A DNA stretch of 64,000 bases from Bugula neritina. Its lineage: Eukaryota > Animalia > Bryozoa. The DNA lies in NCBI GenBank assembly GCA_964035545.1, contig OZ037766.1, positions 23,052,767 to 23,116,766 of the forward strand. Direction: 5' to 3'. The notes under the pieces were generated by a model that was not told where the DNA came from, did no database searches, and saw only the letters and a program-made list of their open reading frames with translations. Numbering within the stretch: position 1 is the stretch's first letter; the number at the start of each line of letters is the position of its first letter. Positions 54,466-64,000 of the stretch are shown here, piece by piece. The position numbers were made by a program, and so were the translations under genes.

Positions 54466-57400
54466 TTACTTGTTGGGTGCTAACCCACAAGGCTGCATGA
54501 ACTCCTGACCTCTTTCATGAAACCATTTGTTAGCAACTACAATAATGATTATCATCATTTAATATACAAAATATGTGTATAATTCAAATTTATCCACGAT
54601 GATTATGTAATCACCAAAGTTTCAGGTAAACACTTTACTAAGCTCCTTAGTGTCATGTACCTAAGGCATGTCAACCCATCTGTTCAGTCTTGCTATACTC
54701 TGAGTATCATGCAGAAAACATGAAGCTATTAGTTGTAAAATATTTTAACAATAAAATCTGACTAGTTAGATAAAATGATGTATGTATATATTATACACAC
54801 ACACTCTTGAGCACACACATATACAGTCTATAAAATGTATATATAACCCAATATGCAACAATACAAAGTTTCTCTGAGCTTTTAATCATGAATTAGACTG
54901 AGTACTAACCCCACTTGGACCCTGAAAGTACAGGGCAACCAGCATGCCTCATCAAGTCATTCCCTTGTCCATCAGGCTTTAGATTGAACCAGAAGGCAGC
55001 AGAACCCTAGAAACAGATACTCTGTAACAGCATTACTACCACAAGAATGGGTGACAACCCTTATCATTTTAGTCGTCAAAACAGCAGTTGTGGTAACAAC
55101 TGAGTCCATATGACATCAAATCTAGCTATTCTAGTACGATTATATAATATAAAATAACTTGGTGAGATGTTTTCCAATTTTTAAATTTAACCTATTAAAA
55201 CAGTGAATAAAGCTACATAACTGTTGGATATGTTACTTCAAGAGCTCAAACACACTACAGGCAAAGTTTTTTTTATTACATTTTATAGTATCTGAAGCTA
55301 ATTCAGTTCCTTTATTTCATATCATTTTCATGTTATTACATTGCAACAGTGATTTATAGTTTACCGGCATGATTAAGCACTATTTCTAGTTGGTAAAAAT
55401 GCAAAGTAATGGTTAATAATAAACTACCTTTTTCGGAGGAATTTTTGCTCCAAGTTGGGTGAATACAGTCAAACCACCAGCATCTACCTCATCAAACTAT
55501 AATCATCATGATAAATAATAGTAATAATAATACAATCGAATAACAGCTTTTTTACAACTTTAAAGTAACTCGGTTTACCAAAAATTTCAATTTTGCTCAA
55601 ATTAGCATATGTAACATCTCTGGCACAAAAACTATTTCACCATTGCAAAGGGAGAACAATTTCAGTCAACCACATGCACCTTTATGAAGCAATTTAGTAA
55701 TGATTCTGTAAGAATATAGAAGTGTGGCTTAGCATATATTGTGCAATTTTATTTTTACCCAATGTTTGTGCCACAGAATCAACCAATCATATTAACTTAC
55801 ATAGAAAATGAAAGTAGCGATTCTGTTACCTCTACTTTCCTCAAACTGTCTAGCGTCTACAGACTATAAATGAATGATCAAATATGGTGAGTGTAATGAG
55901 AATAAACATAGAACAAGCGTGTGACGCTGTCACCCTGCGACCCACCACTACCAGGAAATCCCACCACTACCAGCCCCACCACCTGCTAACTTACATAATA
56001 TATCCACGTGGCTATCCTATTGCCTTCTTCCGGAGGGAAGGCCGACATCTCTTTATGCCTCTAAAACCACCACCAGCATGCTAAGATATTATATTCTTTA
56101 TCATCAAATGCACAATTATCAACTGTGTTGCAGCTGTGGTTTTGGTTGGTCAGTTGAGGCCACTGCATGTTTACAGTATACAAGAGCTAGACAAAAATGC
56201 CTACATTTTGATTTAAATACCTTAGTGTGAGAAGCTGTCAAACAATATCTTAAAAACAAAGAGAAATATTAAAATTATACAATGCAATTAGAAATTTTTA
56301 AGCTCATTTAAACAGCCTAAAATGAAATTAAACAAATTTTATAGGAGAAGAATGTTTAATAATGCCTAAATGACTCATAAATTATACTTCAATAATAGTT
56401 TAGCTCTCACCTATCATGGAATCTATGTATATCAAAAAGTTGATAAACAGCTGAAAACCCTTCGAGAATGAAGAGAGAACGATGGATGGAAGCAGTATTC
56501 AGACAAATTGAGAAGAAAGAATACCTAAGGTTTGGAGTGGAGGATAAGTTACTCGCACTGAAGTAGGAAACTTAAAAAGGGAAAAGTAATTAAAGCTTGC
56601 AAAGGAGAAAATGGGAAATTTGTAGTGTCAGATAACAGCTATCCTACAATGTCATAGCACTGCCGCTTGTTGATAACTAAGAAGATTCCGGGAGAATGGA
56701 GAAAAAGTATTTTGGTACTGATGCTTAAATAGGAAAGATACATCATGATTTTATAGAAATTATATAGGTATTCCACTGATGTGTATTGTAGTTATATGAA
56801 ACAATAAACTAATGATAATATTACGGAACAAGAATGAAAGCTTAAATTCGTGACTATAAATTTGGCTCTATGCTGGAAAACGATCAGCCGCCATTTTCAC
56901 AATAAGACAACTGCAAGAGAAGCACCGGGATATCAACCAGCTTTCCACGATGTGTCCATGGATCGTGAGTTCCTAGAGAGGAAGTACTTTACTTCCAGAG
57001 GTTGAAAAGGATGTCAACAAGGATCACAATATTAGGATCATAAGATATGAAGGCACATGTGACTAAAAATAATGAACCTTGCGATATCATAGTTGCTCTG
57101 CACTAATTCACTCAGACTTTACTGCCTTACTACTATAAATTTACTGAAGGCTTGAAAGAGTAGAAGATGTTTCCCAACGATGAGTCTCTCTGCAGTGCAG
57201 ACAAAGAAAAGCTGAAAAAAGATCGAGAAAAGTGAAGGGCATAGTTTGATGACCGAAACAAAATCTATGTGAGCACCAATGGAGAAGTGTAAAGTTGGGT
57301 ATAGGGCAAGTACCATGGAAAGAGTAATTTTAAATGCATAGAAAGCTGAATTGGCAAGAAGGACGAGGAAAACTAAAAACAAATGATGGATGTGTGACAT

Positions 57401-60400
57401 GAAGGTACCAGCTAGAGAAAATGGAAAACAATCAGTTAGGTGGAACAGCCATTATTGCTATTTTCAATGTATACTTGAAATCTTCAATAGGAAAGCGAGA
57501 AGTACAACTAAAGATAATAGCAAGTAAAAGAAGTAGGTTGACACACAGCTATAAAATAATAGACAGAACTCACACAGGTAAAGTGAAAGAAAAAAGAAGA
57601 CCTCAAATCATTAAAAGTAGTATGTATAGGCAAAATCAAATCAATCTGAACGTTGAAATGAATTAAATGTTGAATGCCCGTACAATCAACACCTAAAAGT
57701 TCAATAAAACTTGAACGCACAATATAAAGTCAATGTAGGGCTATGAAAAAGAAACTTGTGTTACATTAATTGAATTTACAATTATTTTTCAGAGCAAATC
57801 TGAGGCTTTACCCTTAAAATGACACTAAATAGAAAGCAGCATCTTGTACTATAAAAGAATTAAGTATCTGTAAGTCGAAGCAGAAAGGATCAACCATGAA
57901 GAAGGAAAATTATAGTATTGACTCAAGAAAGATATTTCATAATTGAAAAATAATCTCTGCTGAATTGAAACTTTAAAAGTTAAAATTAGTCTTAAATATT
58001 TAAAAGATCTTTTTTTCTAAAAAATCTATGCATTAATTGAAGTTTAAACTGTTTGGAACAGAGACACTGCTTTCCAAATTACAGTTGTTCATGTTATTTC
58101 TATAAGACACTTTGCTTTGATTTTTGGAAAGTTTTTTTACAACCGAGGTTTAATTATATTCAACAGTATATTTTTCATATCATATGAAATGCCTTCAAAT
58201 ACGCAGAATTTTTTTGTAAATTTCAATAAAATTAAATAATTGGGGCTAAAATTAGTTTCAAAATAAAATAAGTAGCTAATATTGCTGGAACTATGCACTA
58301 TAAACCTAGTAGTATTTATGGAATAGAGTAGAGATAATTGGCATACCCTGGCATGATCACAGTGAGGCTCATACTGACCACCGATACCATAATTCTGAAT
58401 CTGAAATGTACACAACATAATAATGTAAAACAGCTAACAAATGAGAAACACTTGCTCCTAAGGTAAACAATAACATACTCATCACCCCAAAAAGTACGTA
58501 CGCTCGAGAGCATGTGTCTGTGTATATGTGTGTATACATGTGTATACATGTGTGTGTGCGTGTGCATTCATGCGTTTGTTTACACACACATATACAAAAT
58601 GAATTGCAATTGAGAAATAAAAACTAGTATAAAAAATCACCTGCAAGTCTTCGGCTTTCTCCATATTCAGATGTGTTATGGCACTTATTCTGTTTGACAA
58701 AGTCTGTATGGTGTCATTCATTTCATCTTTAAGCCAAGCACTAAATGACAAATACAAAATACATGTACTTCATCAGTTCTATTATCAACAATCCAATCGC
58801 ATATAGATTTATTATTGTATACTCATGTATCATGTACATCGCTTAGTATTGTTTTGCGATGTATTAAGGAACATAAAAAAGATGTTTTATTGGAAAATTG
58901 TAACTTTTAAGAAATTTGGAGTGGAGAACAACAGAGCAAGGTAGACAGAGTATGGTATAGCAACAGCTTACTGACTGAGTGACTGAATTGCATAACATTG
59001 TGTAGTCTAATTAGAATTGTATAGTAATTAGTAACACACTCACCTTCTACTAACTCTGTAGTGAGCAGTCACTAGTTTGCCTGTAGCAGGGTCGTTTACA
59101 GTTGCTCTCTTCAACTGAAATATTTTGAGAAATTAGTAGCAATAATATTGTTTATTATAAGACATAAATACTAGTAAACAATAAACTCAGTAAGATCATT
59201 AAACCTTGAAACTGGGACACTAAAAATTCACTGTGCAATGTTATTTCTTTATAAAAATATTATAGTTAGTATTCAATTTATTACACACAAAAACCTAATT
59301 AATATCAGTCTTTTGAGGGAAGACAACTTCTGCACTTGACTTATCGACTAACATTAACTCTAACTAACTTTCTGGAAACCTAAACAGCCATTTTGACTAA
59401 CTGATTCAATCACTTTACTTAACTTACACCTAATTACCAACATTGATTTCTCACAAAGTAATTTTGGCCAGCCTACTGAAATATTTGAAATTTCTTATTG
59501 AATTACTTCACTAGGTTAATAACTCACTTTCACAAACTTTCTGAACCACTTCGACTAACTGACTCAGTCAACAATAAACTTACCATTGGAGTTGAAATCT
59601 CTTTTATTATTTTTATTTCCTTATCACTGATGACATCATGATAGAGCACAATATAGGGGTCGAGGTAGTACTCCTCCACTTTAACAGGAGCAAGTATAAG
59701 CAGTGGATTATCACCAGATGTGGTGTAGTAGCACGAGAGCTTGTGTACATGGGGGTTTGGCTGGAAGTACAGGACATACTTGTCACATTAATCATCATTA
59801 CCCGAGTCAATGACTTTAGTTTGTAGCAAAACAGTGATACCTAGTTGAGAGAGTAATATTGGCAGATGGCTCTCAAAGGTAAAACTAGTAAAACGCCCAA
59901 AAGCCCAACTAGCCAATTGAATTAGCAATAACATTTCAAATTATTATTGAAAATAAAATAGCAGAACAATTGAGAAAATTTCTCAACTAAATTAATGAAA
60001 AAAAACTGTTGCAAACTTTTTTTAGCAAATTTAAGAAGTATTTCAAACTAAAATAAATTTTCACCTATTAGAAAGTATTATTAAAACAAGTTTTATACAA
60101 AATTAAACCAGTTTATATAAAATGCAGAAAAAACATAGAAAGTTGAATTTCTTAGTAGGTAGTTGAGAAGCTGCTTTAGCTTTGATGACTCACCAAGACA
60201 TCTTCACCGCGACACAGCGCTTCATATACTTTAAACTCCTTGCCACTTCTGTATTCATCAGTAACCCTCGGATTCTTGAGGGAAGGAAGCACATCCGGGT
60301 GGGGTGCTGCCTGCCCCTCACTTTCCAGTTTAGCCGTTTCTTGCTCTATCTGTAGTTAAAAAAATTTAGAAATCATATCATTTGGATTCTTATATACTTG

Positions 60401-61895
60401 ATTTTTAAAAGTATTAAAAGCTAAGTAATTCATATAAGAGAGTAGGTGGTAATAATTCTACAGATCACATGTGGGATGGTCTTCTAGAGCTTACCTTTGA
60501 AAATTTACAGATAATATAAAATAATTTAATCCTTGCAATTTTATGTAAAAGTATTTTGACAATAGGTGTAATGAAAAAGGCTTTTAGTATAATGATAGCC
60601 TCAATATTACAGATTGGTTTATAAAAAACACTGTTAAACAACTGAAATTAGTAAAACTTGTACTTGGTAGTTGTACGACAGATAAACACACCTCTTTATT
60701 AAAGTACAGCATATTACTTAATGCCCGGTCATGGTTAGGTTCTAACTTCAGCCATTCTAAAGTCCAATGCTTGGCATGGTGAACATTCCCTTGCTACAAA
60801 ACGAGATTCCTTCATTATTGGACAGAGTATGACAGTCTTGACTATCCATACTCAACACTTATGTGCCCAGCAAACATTTCATGATTCAATCATTTAATTC
60901 CTCAGAGCATCTTGCAATCTTTAATAACTGCTACATTTCATAAGTTGAATAAAAAATATAAAGTTCTAACATCAAAACATCACAATATATTGCCTAATGA
61001 TGACAATAAAAATACGAATGAAAGATAATATGTAGGCAGGTGTGGAGTTGAAGCGTGTGTCTGACAGAAGTTGGTGCTGAAGAGTGGGATTAGATGGTTA
61101 TTGAGAACAGAGGAAAAGTTGGATAACATGTGGAGAGAAGCTAGAAGCTTTAGACATCCAAAAAGAAATGAAAACAAGGAAACATCTCTTTGCATAGATA
61201 AAACATCAATACTCCAAACAACAAGCTATTCACATTCTCAAGACTGGTCACTGCAAATATCAACATACAATTAGTACCGGATTTAGTAAGCAAACGGCAC
61301 AGTTTCAGTTAGAGGAGAACGTGATGCACCTGCCCCAACTCACCATTGTAGCAGCATAAGATAGATAGTCTAGAGTCTGAGATCTACTGATTGTTACATT
61401 CTCTTCAGTATCCAATACATGTAGTGTTTGAATCATCCATGAGAACATATGATGCCAATCCTGTTTGCCGTACGCATAGTAAGCCAGTTGAAAGCAGTCA
61501 AGTGCTAAGGGTAAGAAAGAGCGGCCATGAAATTAAATGTGCTGTTGTTACATTATGTACATGCGGAGGTTAGATAGGAAGAGATTGGTTAGTCTAGCAC
61601 ACTACAAGTTAGAGTACAAGCATGCAGATAGGAAGGAAGGCAAGAGTCCCTCGCTAGCAGAAGACACCAGAAATAAGGCTACACTTTAATAACCCAATCT
61701 GAGCATCACAGTCCCGTGTGCAGCTGCAACAATGACCATAGCAGCATTTTTGAGTTGACCATTTAGTTGATATTAGTATCAGGTGCCTAATTGCTGTAAT
61801 CATGCCACAATAAAGAAGTTAAGATAGATTTTGAGGAAATTCAATGCAGAGAAAAGTAATGTAGTAGTAACGTAGTAGTAGTGGTAGTAGTAGTG

Positions 61896-61949
<54 letters not shown>

Positions 61950-63392
61950 ACGCAGTAGTAGTAGTAGTAGTAATGTAGTAGTAGTAACGTAGTAGTAACG
62001 AAGTAGTAGTAATGTAGTAGTAGTAGTAGTAGTAACGTAGTAGTAGTAGCAGTAGCAGTAGCAGTACTATTAGTAGAGTACTATTAATAATAACTGTAAT
62101 GGTGTGGTGGTAGAGCAGAGACTGTAGAGCACAAGAGAGATGTTTAGCAGAAGATAATTGCAAACTACTGATTTGCATAAATTGTGAAAACAACCAATCA
62201 GCTCACATTGTAGCAGGCGAAAGCCAGATAGTCAAGAACAGACGAAGGTGAAACAGTGTGGTTTGCCTCTTGCTGGAGACGTTGGTAAGCCTCATCCATC
62301 CAGATGAGAGCATGATAATTGTCTTGATAATTGTGGGCGAACGCACCGAAGTTGAAACAGTCCAACGCTACAATACATTTTATTAGTAATTCGGAATAAG
62401 CATGCGGAAAGTGCCAACTTCGTATACTGTAATAGTAAGAAAGGCTCAAGCAATAAACAACAGGTTGACAAGACAAATCTATCAATTTAACCTGAAAAAT
62501 AGGATAGGTATATTAGTTCATGCTATACACATGCAATACTAAACATTTCACATGCTGATTGCAAACTCTTAACTGTTGCACAGTTAACAGGAAACATTAA
62601 AAATAGAATAGAATAGAATAGAATACTTTGGCTACAGATCAACACTTAAAATCTGATTACTTCCATTTAACATAACCAGCAAGTAGGAATATGTCCATTG
62701 CACTTTACAAAACGTATGCAACTCTATAGCCCAGTGTTCCTCTGCTGGTTTTACTGACTTATAATGTGGCACTCTGACAGTTATTTGCAAATATTCATCA
62801 ATTTAGCACAAATTTCAAACAATATAATCAATAAACTAAGCAGTGGTTTGGGGTCATGATACCCACCCGACATTGGTGGAGATCTGTTGGTAGGGGTGAA
62901 GGTTCCATCAGCTATTTGCTGAGAGGTGAGTTGATACGTATCTTGTAGTCTCAAGATGGCCGCTACTACTCCTTCAAAGTCTTCTTCATCTGGCAGGTAA
63001 GGCTGATATTCTTCTAGCAGCTGCAGAAACTCTGCAATAGATAATCTCAGTGTACTCATATTTCCATATATTATAACTAATGAATAGGAATCTTGCCACA
63101 ACCAACAATGTAGAGAACTGCGTTTGATGTTTCTAAAATCAAAGTAATTATTTTATTATGTGGCTCATCCCTTTGAAAAAAATATCAACTACACCCAAAG
63201 TTTCCCTTGAAACTATTTAATATTAGTCCTGAGTTACCTTCAGAGTTTTGTTTACCAGACACCAGTTCTTTGGTTTTTGGTAAATCAGTGGTAAACGTCT
63301 TGACAAACAGGTAGGCATTAACAGGATTGGCGACGTAGCTTTCTGCGTCCACTAAAGCTGTCTCTGCATGTCTCTCATAACTGTCAGCCAAT
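54466..63392 (-). CDS. P4HA: Collagen prolyl 4-hydroxylase alpha subunit (5' exons outside the window)
   Basis: Exons 63392-63238, 63031-62867, 62367-62207, 60793-60692, 60349-60194, 59760-59584, 59114-59044, 58740-58641, 58400-58347, 55863-55801, 55496-55428, 55006-54910, 54536-54466. Motifs: NPVNAY, RLQDTY, YEALCRG, NYGIGGQYEPHCD, GNRIAT, RHAGCPV, SKWVANKW. Confidence 0.95.
56460..57430 (+). mobile_element. Decayed RTE-clade LINE fragment in a P4HA intron
   Basis: Interrupted RT motifs KKIPGEWRKSILV, NYIGIPLM, AIFTIRQLQEKHRD and VPREE, with many stops and frameshifts. Confidence 0.7.
61858..62066. repeat. (TAG/GTA)n compound microsatellite
   Basis: Long GTA run with GTG, AAC and GCA variant units. 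Confidence 0.95.
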
Positions 63393-64000
63393 CTGAAGAT
63401 TTAAAGGTATTTGATTAAAATTCATAAGTTATCTCATAAACTAATAACTTACCTCACAGAAAATTGAAACTTGTTCCCCCTAGACCCACACTTTACCTTT
63501 TGTGAACTCATAATTTGTAAATCATAAATAAAACCCAAAAGCAGCAGTTTTAGGATTTATTCAAACTCATAAAAGTTTATAACCTCAGTGTTGGATGGTT
63601 AAATATTGCTGCTAAATGCTTGGAAATTTGTACATCAATAATGTTTGATATTTTATTGAATGCAATTGTCAATAACTGGCTAATATAGCAACCGATACTA
63701 GCATACCATCAACTAGTCCAGTAGTTTTAAAAATAACTGAATGCTTTTTTGACTGATTGAAAAATAATTTAAAAATCACATAGCTTACAATATAAACTAA
63801 TAACATCAATTTTCTGTACTAATACTTACAAATAGGTATTAGCATAAAATTGAAACTGTGAAAGTTTCAACAATAAAAATAAATTTGAAATGCATGCAGA
63901 ATAATTAATTCAGGCCAACTACAGCTGAAAATATTCTTTAGAAAACACAACCTTACACAACTATAACACTTTCCTTAACATTTGCTGCAGATATTCCACA

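Noticed and set aside
61000-61800. Purine-rich stretch resembling a retroelement fragment
   Set aside because: Too decayed to assign a family or boundaries.
61819-62193. 124-aa poly-Leu/Tyr/Thr ORF
   Set aside because: Translation of a (TAG)n microsatellite in a P4HA intron.

Overview
AT-rich, intron-rich animal genomic DNA (invertebrate; taxon not determinable from the sequence alone). Gene order: PI4-kinase type 2 (-, partial); head-to-head with a bifunctional pseudouridine-5'-phosphate glycosidase/pseudouridine kinase gene (PsuG-PsuK fusion, +, 14 coding exons), whose 8.3-kb intron carries two tandem antisense kune-kune-like claudin genes; Mpv17 (+); eEF1A (+, TATA and TOP-like start, with candidate intronic C/D and H/ACA snoRNAs); cytosolic NADP-IDH (+) with a young 5'-truncated CR1-group LINE in intron 1; prolyl 4-hydroxylase alpha (-, partial). 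Also hAT, Tc1/pogo and foldback MITEs, SINE and RTE remnants, and mini/microsatellites. The strongest discovery: the IDH CDS ends without a PTS1, but its stop sits in the leaky context TGA-CTA and is followed in frame by LNVAISSKL-TAA. This predicts a hidden peroxisomal IDH isoform made by stop-codon readthrough. Exon boundaries were read by hand from GT-AG sites and reading frame, without transcript data.
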